Shown: positions 1 to 11,792 of the stretch, piece by piece
Numbering within the stretch: the stretch's first letter is position 1
Layout of the letters: every line of letters begins with the position of its first letter
From: Utricularia gibba
Lineage: Eukaryota > Plantae > Magnoliophyta
Direction: 5' to 3'
Assembly: GCA_002189035.1 (NCBI GenBank)
Contig: NEEC01000015.1
Location: 1,240,001-1,304,000, forward strand
DNA: 64,000 nucleotides
Translations under genes and position numbers: made by a program
Notes under the pieces: generated by a model
What the model was told of the DNA's origin: nothing
The model's input: the letters and a program-made list of their open reading frames with translations, nothing else
Database searches by the model: none

Positions 1-2029
1 TTTAGGAAAGAGCTTTCATCTCTTTTCATTTCGTATCAGTGAGGCGCAGCGCAGAGATAACAATACAGAGCAGAGAGAGCTGCAGTGAGACAGTGTGTGT
101 GTATGTGTTCGATTCTATGCCATAGACGTAAAATAGGCGATCCCCCCCCACCCCCACTAGTTGTTGTGTTCAGTTGCAATGCTACGCCCATTACATTACA
201 TATAAAAAAAAATAGCTGCACTGCAGCACTGCAACTGGGGTTGTTTAGCACTGCAATTTCTTGGCACCTCGAGCCCATAAAAATCCCCTCCCACAGCCAC
301 CAAATTATTGGAATCGTGTTGCACCGGGCGGGGGCCCCCACCCATCTGAATCAGACGCGGCCACTGTGCCGGCCGGCTCCGCTTTCCTTCAATCCTCACC
401 AGATCCATCCTTCGCCATTTAATGCTTCTGTTATCAAACTTCCCCCCGTCTCCCTTCTCTTTCTCGTTTCCTCGCAACCAACCTGCGCTTCGATTTGAGA
501 GCTCATCACAAAAACTATTATTTACAAATCTCAACACCTAATGTGCTTCAAATTTTTGTGGGGTTTAAATTTTTTGCCACTACATTTTAAATGTGTTAGA
601 AACTTATTCAACTTACGTATAAAAATTGTTCTTAGTGTGTGAGAAATTTGATCAACTTATATATAAAAATTTATTTTTAATGTGACAAAAAAAGGAAGAT
701 TAACATTTTTATCAAAGATCCAATTTTTGTGTTAGTAAGAAACTCAGTATACCAATGATCATTACAAGAATGCATTTATTCATTTTCTTTCCTTTGGTTT
801 TAAATACAATATGGTATATCAATAATTTTAAAATATTGTATATTTTGAGATCAATACTCATGTTTTAAGTTATTAAGAGCATTATACTTGTCAAGTTTTA
901 CTTGTGACATCTAATATGATTTATCACTTGCATAAAATTGGATTATAAAGATATTGATTAATTTAGATCCAACTTTATTTCATTGCAGTATTGATTCATT
1001 AGAAATCCAAGATATTATTTGCAAAAAACTTATTGTTTCCAGGATTGCATCATATGGTATTAGAGTTTAGATACTACATGGTTATGTATCACCCCCATTC
1101 ATCACATCTCTAACCAATTGTTTGAAAAATCACAATTGAACTGTGTAATTCGTCTATCTAGATTTTGATTTGGTTCAAGAATTATTTGATAGTATCCATT
1201 GGGTTGCTAAACTTGGGTGAGGTTTGGAATCATGGGAACTTTCTGGAATTATAATATTAATTGTGAATGATGACGTGGAAAAAGGTGGTGAAATGTATAA
1301 TCATTCCGTTAAGGACATGCTTTGGACCTTGTACGGTGATGGGGCATGCGCATATGGGGAATGATGATGGCATGGGGATGCCATGCCATAGCACTAGCAG
1401 GGCGAATGATATGATATGCCATGGTGTGGATGTATGCATGTGTTGCCATGAACTGATTGTCCCGGCATGCATGCATGCATCCTGTCAAATGCGTCATGGT
1501 TCCGTCCTCTCACATCAAATCGTTCCATCCCTCCATCGTCATCATCACCATCACCATCACATCATGCTCATCTCCCTTTGTTTTTTTTTAATTTTAAATT
1601 TTCTCCTTTTAAGAAAACCTAAATGTAATTAAAATAAAAAATTAATATGAAATTAAATATTTCATTTTGCTTCAAATTCTAGAAATGCTGCTGTGTGACT
1701 GCTGTTAGAGATATTTGTAGATTGAGTTCAGTTAGATACCAGCAAGAACTACAATCAAACTTGATTACATATTCGATTAATTCATTCTTACCCAAATCGT
1801 CAATTTCAGTTTTTAATTGATTTTGTTCCGATTCTAAATAAAAATAATCGATTCGAATTCGAATCTAAATTAGAACCATTTATAATTAATTTTTATATCT
1901 TTTTATCCATATCAAAATCTTTCATTATTGGTTCCAGTTTATCGACTCTCAAACAGATTTCGTTCTAGTCGGTTTTCATTAATATCCGATTCATGAACAT
2001 CCAACGGTTGCAAATTGGAAAGTAGAAAA

Positions 2030-2065
2030 TGGGCTCAAATTTGAATGGGCCCATCTAACTGGGCT
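2030..2065. promoter_or_regulatory. Cluster of site II (TGGGCY) elements
   Basis: TGGGCT 2030, TGGGCC 2046, GGCCCA 2048 (opposite strand) and TGGGCT 2060: four motifs in 36 bp. Confidence 0.5.
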
Positions 2066-4639
2066 AGATAACTTTGAATTGGACTTAGGAAAATGCTTCG
2101 TCCTGCACCACGTTCAGATTTTGTACGGTCTCCTTATTTGCATGCATACAGATTATACCTCAGTCTCTGAGAAGCAGCACAGCACAGGTTCTTTCGTAGT
2201 TTTGTTTTCAGTTTAGCCCCCTGATAAGAGAGGAGAAAGTTCAGCAGAAATCCAGAAAACTTAAGAGAAGAATAGCCCAGAAGGGTTTTGGCAGCAGTAG
2301 GTTTTCTTCCAGGGCGCACACCTACCAGGACACTCGCTCTCACAGGCTCTCTGGAGAAAGAGATAAGTAAATGGCTGACACGACGTTGATGTACCACCAG
2401 TGCAATTGACTATCTATCTAGCAACTTGGAATTGAATCTTCATAAGCATTTATGCACGATTTTATCTGTTGAAAAGCTTGGATTACAGATGGCGGCATTA
2501 CTAGCTGATAAACCCATGGATATTCATATCAATAATTGGAGACAAAAGTGGGATGTTACATTAGGATGGGTAGTATAGGAAATTGGGACGTCATGGTTGA
2601 AAGTTTGGTAATGTTATCAGTTGAATTTCAAGCAGATTTGTAATGCTTCTGTAACTTGGTTTTGGAGAAAACACATTTATCCCACATTCAGAATCTCATA
2701 AAGTTGTTGATTCTGATTCTGTACTTCACCCCCCCAAATCTTTCATCGGATTTCTCTTTTTGTGGGAAGTGTTCAGGGAGTGAGTGGGGGATGCAGACTG
2801 GGCACTTCGCTTTGAAACAAATTTATGCCTTGGTTCATGCACAGAGACACATGGGGTTTATATCAAACCCCACTTCGTATGTAGATCTCTATCTATAAGA
2901 TAAGGTTTGCTCCATCAGAAAAGTGGAATACAGTTGCATCTACAGATAGAGACAAAAAATACGTCATTCGAGGGACGAAAGATGCAGGAACAAGTCTTTC
3001 AGCTTCTGTAGCGGCTTGTGCTGGTGGAGCCTGGGAGCATGAGAACCAGATTCTTGAATAACTAGCTGCCAAATACACGCAGTTGTGGTTGTGAAGGGCC
3101 ACACTTTCAACAACTCCGGGGAGCATAGGCTGGCTGTGTGTTTGCAAACAAACAAGAGTGGATAGGCGGGGTTCCTAGTCACTGTTGCTAATTTCTGGAT
3201 GTTCTGCATCTCTGAAATGAGACTCTAATTCCCCTTCCAGATCTGGGGAAGTACAGTAATAAGAGTTGTTCAGTTTTGCGGGAGAATGTGGATTCTCACG
3301 CAACTTCTGTTTCTCTCAGGTAACAGACGTTGATGTGGTGCTCCGAGAAGAAACATAAATCATTAGCATGGTAAAAAAACGAGTACAAATCAAATCACCC
3401 ACCCCTCTTCTGTGTATTTGGTGCGTCCCAAAAAACAACTTTCAGAAAATGATTCTACAAACCCTTCAGTTTTTTTAGGATCAAAGTTTCATAAACTTCT
3501 CAAAAAATTGAAACACTTCATTATTTTTAAAAATACTTTTATTAAAACTGGAGCTACATCAAACAAACATAACCAACCTTTATTGAACGTTCATACCCAC
3601 TTTTTATAATACACAGGGGCGGGTAATGAACTTTCATGGGTCCGCCGGCGACAGGTCACTCCGTGGCGGCGACCCAGGGACACCCAAAGATGATTAATTT
3701 AGTATGATGAAATCTGAAGTTTCTTTGATGTGCAACATGACCATCTCGAACAATGCAGCAGCAGTCCCGTCTCTTTCTCCCAAATGAATGCGTGTGTCCC
3801 AACAGCTCCATCCATGTCTGAACTGTGACAACCGCCATGATTGTCTGAGGAAGAGGGACTTCTACGACGCCCTTCATTTACCATCTTCTAAATTGACTTT
3901 GCATAGTCTTTTAACACCCACCTGGTCTCCCTCAACCCAATTAAAAATCAATCCTTTGTTCAATCATGTATTTTAAAATTCCATATTGAACCTGATTCAA
4001 ATTATTATAAAAAAGATCGAATCAAATCATGAATAAATTGAATAATAAGTTAAATCAGAATTTAAACAAAATGTCAATTCTGCATTTAAAAATAAAACTG
4101 TATTTTACTTAGTTAGAATAAATCCATATTGGTTTTTCAGTTTCGATTTTGAACTTTTTGGATAAATCACACTCTCAAACAGTATACTTAAGCAACATTT
4201 GAAAACCATAAGAATGGTTTTGTATTCCAAACGTACATCTAATTTTATTCTAATAGAATTAATTTTTTAGAATCATTTCATTTTTTTTATGAAAAATATG
4301 AAATATTAGATTTTTTAAAAGAATTAATTTTCGAGAAATAACTCTAAAATTGAAATTAAGGTTATATCCTTATAAATAATTTAATTAACTTAATTAATAA
4401 ATTATAATTTTAATATGAATATATTTAAATTAAAGTAATATTATAAATGATAATTTAAAATATAATGTAATATTTTTATTATACAAGTGGTATATAAAAA
4501 AATATTTTTCAAATTATAAATTAATAAAATATAATTATTAAATATGAATAAATATATCATTTAATTATGAAAAACAATATTTATTTTTTATATTCGTAGC
4601 ATAAATTTATTTTATAATATTCATTCTAAGCAAACACTT

Positions 4640-4642
<3 letters not shown>

Positions 4643-4700
<58 letters not shown>
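4643..4700. repeat. (AT)29 microsatellite
   Basis: Perfect AT dinucleotide run read directly from the sequence. Confidence 0.95.
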
Positions 4701-4702
<2 letters not shown>

Positions 4703-5120
4703 AATCTTATTTTATCAGAATTTTCGATTCCACAAAAATAAATTTTAGAGTGATTTTTTCAAACGTATACGAAATCACAAATTAGTAAGTGTGGGTTATT
4801 TACAAATTTAAAATGAAAATAAAATAGAATAAGAATTGAAAGTTGTGTAGAAAAGTCCATAACTACGAGCTTCACATTTCTAGAGATGTAGGTCCAACGC
4901 CACGTGAAGCAATACACGAGAAGTCACCTCCGACGACTCCCATCGCTTTCCTTCTTCATCAGCACCTTCAGATATTGCTTTTTTTTTTTTGCTTTGGAAG
5001 AACTAGAGGCCTTTAATTTTTCAAAACCCGCCATTAATATTCATAAATATGATGCAGGGCAAGTTGCATTTACGATATTTTAGAAAGTCTGAAACCTAGG
5101 CTATCTGTACATGCGTATAT

Positions 5121-5994
5121 ATGGGATGCATTGGATCGCACACTGGAGACGGATACAACTGCATAATGAGTAGTAGTAGCAGCAGCCGTCTTCAGAAAGC
5201 CAAGTTCCAGAAGAAGAGGCTCACCCAAGACCAGGTTCGGGTCTTGGAAGCCAGCTTCAACGCCGGCAAGAAGCTGGAGCCGGAGCTCAAGTTCCAGCTC
5301 GCTAGGGAGCTCGGAGTCCCGCCGAGGCAAATCGCGATTTGGTAACACTGCAACTTCGGATCTAGGGGTTTTTCTGGGATATCACATTCTCTTGTATCAA
5401 GAGCTTTTGTTTTTTTGTTTACTAATGAGTTTTGTTAGAAATGAGGTTTTCTGATTCTCCATTGGAACTTTACTGCATGAACTAACTTGGGTTTGATTCT
5501 GAATTTGATAACTTTGGATTTGTGGGTTTGCTTGAGCATCAAATACTAGAGGTATCACATTCTCTTGTATCCAGGGGGTTTTTTATGACACGTGGGTTGA
5601 TTGATAGCAATGGTAATGATGCAACTTCTTTACATTTTTTTTGTGGGAAAGGTATCAAAACAAGAGAGCTCGATGGAAGAACCAGAGTCTGGAGCTGGAC
5701 TACAGCGCGCTGCAGCTGCGTTTAGAAGCAGCACTTGCTGATAACAAGGAGCTAGAGAGACAGGTGGAGAGTCTTAGGGTCGAGCTCAAGCGAGCTCAAG
5801 AGGCGGTGGCGCTCAGCAGCAGGGCGGATGCGCAGGTCCCGGTGGCTCTGAGCGGCGGCGTCGGGAGCTCCGGGAAGTGGGGACCCGGTGAAGCTCTTGA
5901 GTTGGAAGACCTCTACGCCTGCCTGTTCCTTGGAACGACCAACGCGTCAAACCATGGTCAAGTTTCAGGAGACGGGGATTTTGTGTGGCTATGA
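5121..5994 (+). CDS. ATHB52: Homeodomain-leucine zipper class I transcription factor, ATHB-52-like (2 exons: 5121-5341, 5652-5994)
   Basis: Homeodomain KKRLTQDQVRVLEASFNAGKKLEPELKFQLARELGVPPRQIAIW|YQNKRARWK, then a leucine zipper and a C-terminal 'EDLYAC' motif. A GT..AG intron (5342-5651) splits the Trp codon TG|G and joins the two ORFs in frame. Confidence 0.9.
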
Positions 5995-7124
5995 GCTTCA
6001 CTCCCTCTCTTCCTCCCTCCCTCTGTAACTCGAAAAGCTGTAAATGAAGCTCCACTTCAACGTAGACTTTCCTTTTCCTTCTTCACTAAACAGATTATGA
6101 AACTAAGCTCCAAATTTAATGAAGTAACACCATGGCCAAACCTCCCGGGAGTAGGGTTTCAAGTCGTTTTCAAAAAAAGTAATTATTACCCTTTTTATTC
6201 TTTTTTAACAAAATAATTTTTCAAATATTTCTAATAAAATCGAAATTGAGTATTTGTAACTTATTATCTTAAAAAAAGAAACATCGTTACGTATTTAATA
6301 ATTTAATTAATGATATATTCGAATTATTTATATTTAAATAAATATACATTAAAAGTTGTGTTTTGATACACATATTTCATAAATGTATGAAATTTTGATT
6401 AATTAAAAAAAAACTCAGGTAGAAGAAAAGTTTTCAAATAAATATAATTCTTAATATTCAATTATTTGGAGAAAACTTCCAAAGTTAGTATATTTTTTAT
6501 ATTAAATTTCGTTTAATAATATTGAATTTGGAATTTTTGAGGCCATTAAATCTAGAAATTATTGGAAGGGTGTTTGTCTAAAAAAAATGAAAAATGAAAT
6601 TAATGCAGAGTATACTCCGGCGTACGCCATCATTATTCAAAGTGGTCCAATAAGATATTATATAATAATCTGGGAGCAGAAATACAATATTAATATATTA
6701 CAGCTAAGCCCCTAACTTTTTGACTAATCACAGTTTAATTGGGTTTTTTAATACCAATTTCCCATTTTTTACGTCTCTGCAATTTTCCGGGAAGGGGATT
6801 TTTTTGGTCAGCCGTAGCTACGAATGAATTTAAGTACCAGAAGTTCAATTAAATAATCCAACTTCGACGGTCAAAAAGAAGATAATAATAATAATAATAA
6901 TAATAAATTTTAAATGAGTATATAAATGGGAACATGGGCCTGTTGCTGGATTCGAGCCCAAATAAATTTGGAATATATGTATAAATATAAATAATTCTAT
7001 ATTTATGAAATTAAAAAAAAAAGGACAAAATGTGATGACGTAGTGGGTGAGGGAGTACAAAGAAGAGAAGCCTGCGGGAAGTTCTTGTTTCCTTTTTCCC
7101 TCCTAACAGTTTTTCCGGTCTTGA

Positions 7125-8649
7125 ATGGCATCGACTTCCGTCCCTCGGAGCAACGCTGGTTATGGAAGGATTGCAACGGCGGCGGCGACAATTTACTCCG
7201 ACAATCAGAGTCTTATCTCTGTGAGTCTCTGTTGCGCTTTCTCTTGAAATTTTTGGTTTTTTTTATTTAACGTGTTTCCAACAATGGAATCCCATTAGGA
7301 AATCAGAAAGACTATGCATATGATGAAAGAAGTCGCTGTCGATTTGGAGAAGGACGACAAATCGGAAATGGTATTTTCTTTGCTGAAGCCCTCGTAGTGC
7401 AAGGGCGGTATCGATTTCTTATATTATTTTTGGTTGGATAACTGCGTCAGAGTTATCAATTTTTTTTTGAAATTTTTCGGCTATGGGCATTTCAATTATC
7501 TTGCTTTTTCCATGCCTCCTTAGGTTAAGCAACTTGAGGATGGCGTTGTTAAATTAGAGAAAGGTTTGAACGAGATTTATTGTTTTTCCAGTGTCATTCA
7601 ATCCATTGGGAATGAATATCAGCCTAGGGACGAGGTGATAATCGTTCTAAGTGTTACTTCTGTCTGCACTTTTTACTTATCATGTCATCATCTAATGCCT
7701 GGACTACAGTTAACCGATTTCAAAAAGCTTCTTGATGATAAAATCGAAAGCTTGAAGGTAAATGTCCAACATGACCAACGATGGCTACGCCAGTTCCGTG
7801 AAGCTATTTGGGTATTGATGCCTTGACTTTGAAATTGTACATGATTCTCTAGCAGATAAGGTAATTGTTGTGAACAGAGCTTTTATACACTGTTGTCTTT
7901 TGCCACTTCGCAGAATGTTCATCATGAAGGACAACCCATGCCCGGTGAAGAGCAAGAGGACATAATAATGACCAGCACACAGAGCAACTTACTGAACACG
8001 ACTTGCCCACTAACTGGAAAGCCCGTTTTTGAGCTTGAAGAGCCAGTTCGGAGGTACCTTTTTCAATTTTGTGTCCGCAAACTCAGGGGACTGCATACAG
8101 CTGGTGCTAATACATACATTCACAGTGGACTTTTCAGCTCATTACATTCATATCATGACCTTGGGTGCTCAACTGTATTGCAATGCATATCATCTATCAT
8201 TTGTTTACCCAAGCATAGATGAGCTCGCTCATTTTCCCACTTGTTATGGTGTATTACTATCTTATCAACATTATCGCATAGTAGATTTTATTTTGTTGAC
8301 TCTCAAGAGTATATGCGTTGTCAATGTCAACAGTATGGACTGCAAGCACATATACGACAAAAAGGCTGTCATGCGACACATGAAGTCCAAAGTTGCAAGG
8401 ATTTCCTGTCCAGTTGCAGGTACGTCTTATGTCTTCCAGGAGGACACTAGGTGTCCTGAGAAAAAAATTTGTGACATAGCTAACTGAAAATCTCCCCCAC
8501 CTCCACCCCCTGTAGGATGCCCAAAATTGCTTGTGGCCGGAAGGGTGATTTGTGATGCATTGTTGCCGATGGAAATCGATGAAATGCGTTCAGCAAACGA
8601 ACATCGTGCCGGTGCTGATGCAGTGGAGGATTTTACTCGATCAGATTGA
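7125..8649 (+). CDS. MMS21: E3 SUMO-protein ligase MMS21/NSE2 (HPY2), multi-exon
   Basis: Spliced segments: MASTSVPRSNAGYGRIATAAATIYSDNQSLIS, EIRKTMHMMKEVAVDLEK, LTDFKKLLDD, RQFREAIW, NVHHEGQPMPGEEQEDIIMTSTQ, SP-RING TCPLTGKP...SMDCKHIYDK...CPVAG and the end AVEDFTRSD*. GT-AG junctions are canonical. Confidence 0.93.
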
Positions 8650-9194
8650 GAAAATAAGTCCTGGAACAACTTTAAGCAGAGGCATCTCGTTTAAAAAGGT
8701 AGCAATTGGACATTTTCATGTATTTTGACAAACAGTCCATAGAGATCCTTCGATACTGCCAGGGTTTTTTCATATCCAAGAACTCCAAGCACATAGATGT
8801 CAGTTGTCAAAATCACCTTAATACAACCATTCATCATATTTTTTGAATTTTTTCCCTGTCATGTTTATATTATTTGCTACTTGAGTGCTGACACCATTCG
8901 TGCTCCCCATCCTATCCTCCTGCCACCCATAACATTAAACATGTATCTTCAGTGGCATTGATGAAGAAATATGTGGCTGGTAATCAAGAATCTGGAGGGG
9001 GCAAGTGCAATTTCCGCAAGTGGAGCTAGCTGGTTGCAGTGATGCAAAGATCAGCCAATCTCACATGGTTTCCAAATCAGCTACTTTGACAGCCTTTAAA
9101 TACATAGCAACTTCTCCTTTTGGTAACCAAATGACAGCCCCACCATTCCCATGAGAACACTGCTATCCTTCCAAGCCTGTTTCTTCCTCTAGAG

Positions 9195-10035
9195 ATGGCT
9201 TCCTCTGGTGAGACCGGCGACCTTGGGGAACTTCTGGAGAAGGGATGGTTCTTTGGCAACTCACTTGATGGTAAGCAAGACAAACTCTTGATGTGTTGTT
9301 CTGCACATCATTGTTGCAGTTATGGAGCCCCTGAAACTCTGTTCGCGAAATCATTTGATGGAACCTTCGCATCCATCGTGAAGCTCGGGAAATCGAGTGG
9401 TGCAACTCTGTTGACAAACACATCGAATCCCCTTGAAAGCAATGAACCCTCTCTCAAATTGCTGCGACCACCTTCTCTGCCTACCGTCATGGAGGCTGGA
9501 GACGAGGTTCTAGATGATGAAGAGAACGAGTTTTCTATGGTAAAACTGATTGCACAGGCCTCAAAGAGCGACCTTGACGCCTTCTCTCCAAAGGTACCAG
9601 AATCTCCGTTTATTTCTCGACTGTCAGATACACAACTTCTTGCCGTTTACCTCTTTAACATCTCAGGGATGGGGATTCACACCACACCAAAGCATCATAC
9701 GGGGAAGCTTTGTGAGGATGAAGTCACCATCTCAGCTCAGGCCACAGATGAACTCGAATCACACCAAGGTCGAGCAAGTAGAAGGTAGTTTCAGGGAGCT
9801 GGGATTGCTGTATGTTGACGGCAAAGAGTCGGGTCAAAAAGTGGTCATCCCGGATTTGAACAGGGACAAAAGGAGGAAAAGGAACACGACGAGCCCACCG
9901 GCGTCGTTAGTGCGCCTGGGCGAATACGGCCAAGCGGCGACCAAGTGGAGCCACCAGCGATCCACCAAGGAAATGAAGATGAAGATCAAGTCGTGGGCCA
10001 GGGCCGTCGCCGCTAATGTGCGTCGGGAATGCTGA
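9195..10035 (+). CDS. Plant uncharacterised protein, DUF1685-type (2 exons: 9195-9593, 9667-10035)
   Basis: N-terminal ELLEKGWFFGN, central LLRPPSLP, 'SFRELG' and C-terminal EMKMKIKSWARAVAANVR, a motif typical of this family. A 73-nt phase-0 GT-AG intron links the two overlapping ORFs. Confidence 0.75.
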
Positions 10036-11792
10036 CAAGTGACAGCTGACAAGCCCCTAGACGGTTGTGAAAATTAAAATAAATAAATATAATATTGGTT
10101 TAATAAAATATTAAACAAATTGGTGGACACTGCCACCTGCCCACACAAACACAAAAGGGAAATTATTGACAAAAAGAACCATGGAAAATACGCACAATAC
10201 ACCAACCAACGCACTAAAACTTTATTATATTCTATATATTTGAATTATTAGAACAAATAATTTTACGTCAGCATTTCAAATTAAAATAATTAAGTATATA
10301 ATAAATTATAAAACAATATTAATTAATTATGTTTATTTTTTTAAATATTATTATCATTTATTATATATTTGAGTTTCATGTATATTTTATTTATATTAAA
10401 ATTAATTTTCACATGTATAAATGGTTTCTAAAACTCTTCTTTATTACTATTTTTTCTTAATAATTTTTTTTTTGTTTTCCATCTATTTTAGATATATGTT
10501 AACATTTTAAATACACATTTATAAAATTTTCCATGACATATAATTTTAATTATAACCACATAACATATACTTATGTAAATAGATTTTATAATTTGTTAAA
10601 AATAAAACATAATTAAGTGAATAAAATTAATATTAATCCCGGAGATGTCCTGAGGCTTGCGTCCGGCGGGAACAAATCATGGCGTCGGAGATTCCGAGTA
10701 GGTTAGCGTTTAGATGCAGACGGAGGGCGTCTCATTATTAATTTGTTGATCCATAATCCAGACTTGCCACCCCCACTTTGCCCACTCCACTTGCTCCTGC
10801 TTCTCAATGATTCACATGTAGCCACAGTCCCCCCACTACGCAGCACAGCCGCACCCCACTCTTCGATTCTCTAGCCATCCGTGGCTCCGGCTCCCGACAC
10901 AATGCCCTGCTCCTTGGCTGCACAGCACTGTCCTCTTCTCCCGCTCCCGCAGGTTGCAGCTCTTCACGTGCACCCCAAACAACCCTCTGCAACCCTTTCC
11001 CGGCGGAGAAGCATCCAACGGGAAGCCACCTTTGGTGAATGTTGAAATTCATTATCCATGAATGGGACGAGCATAATTGAATCCTAATTACACAAAAAAT
11101 ATAGATCAACTAAATCCAAACGATTAATTATAATTTGTAATTTCTTATATATTTGAATATATTACTTTCATTATTTGATGTGATATTGTGTATTCTAACA
11201 ATCTTCATGCTTTACATGTAAACCGAAATGAAATTCTTATAGTGTTGGAGATTCGAGAATGTTGAATTCTGAGGTATCGATAAATTATTTAGAACATTAT
11301 GTTAGAACATATAGTTGGAAGAAAATGCGATGAGTCACGATCGCCATTACAGCATCATCTTCGTTTTTGGATGGACACCCAATCAGATGATGCGACGTCA
11401 CTCGCGAAAATGACCTTTTGAATATTTTGTATGGAATAGTCCAAGAGTTGGTTATACGCTATAGTTTTTAATCATTTGAATTTGTATTTTATATTTATTA
11501 ATTTGTTTTCTGGTGTAAAAGACAATTTGCGAATGACAAATAATCTAAATCACGATCTGTTTATTTTGAAATATTGAAAAGGTTACATATTGGACAGGGG
11601 AGAACGTCAGATGTTGTACAAAAGAGGAATCATGGTCTGGGTGGGGTGCAGGAGAGCTGGGTGGCGACGCACATAGGGAATGATTCCCTTCTTGTTGGGT
11701 TATTATTAACTCTCTTGTCTTTTAACCGGGGTAAAAAAAAAAAAAAGGAGCGGGAGGGGAGAAAGCTAGTTAACCTTTTACCAGGCTTGGAC

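Noticed and set aside
1-500. GC-rich start of the window with three overlapping ORFs
   Set aside because: No recognisable protein. It looks like the promoter/5' region of a gene outside the window, but strand and TSS cannot be fixed.
1267-1632. 121-aa Met/His/Cys-rich ORF with a His run
   Set aside because: Its composition follows from the CATG/CATC repeats; no family motif, so it is probably spurious.
3699-3884. Minus-strand peptide HAFIWEKETGLLL resembling a WD40 strand
   Set aside because: A single short motif with no flanking repeats or exon structure; chance similarity is likely.
4170-4775. Several CAAAC(A/G)-type TIR-like ends around the (AT)29 tract
   Set aside because: All are in the same orientation; no inverted pair or TSD was found.
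11326-11406. Imperfect foldback with a 9-bp stem (GCATCATCT/AGATGATGC)
   Set aside because: Too short and imperfect for a miRNA precursor; no match to the conserved miRNAs I know.
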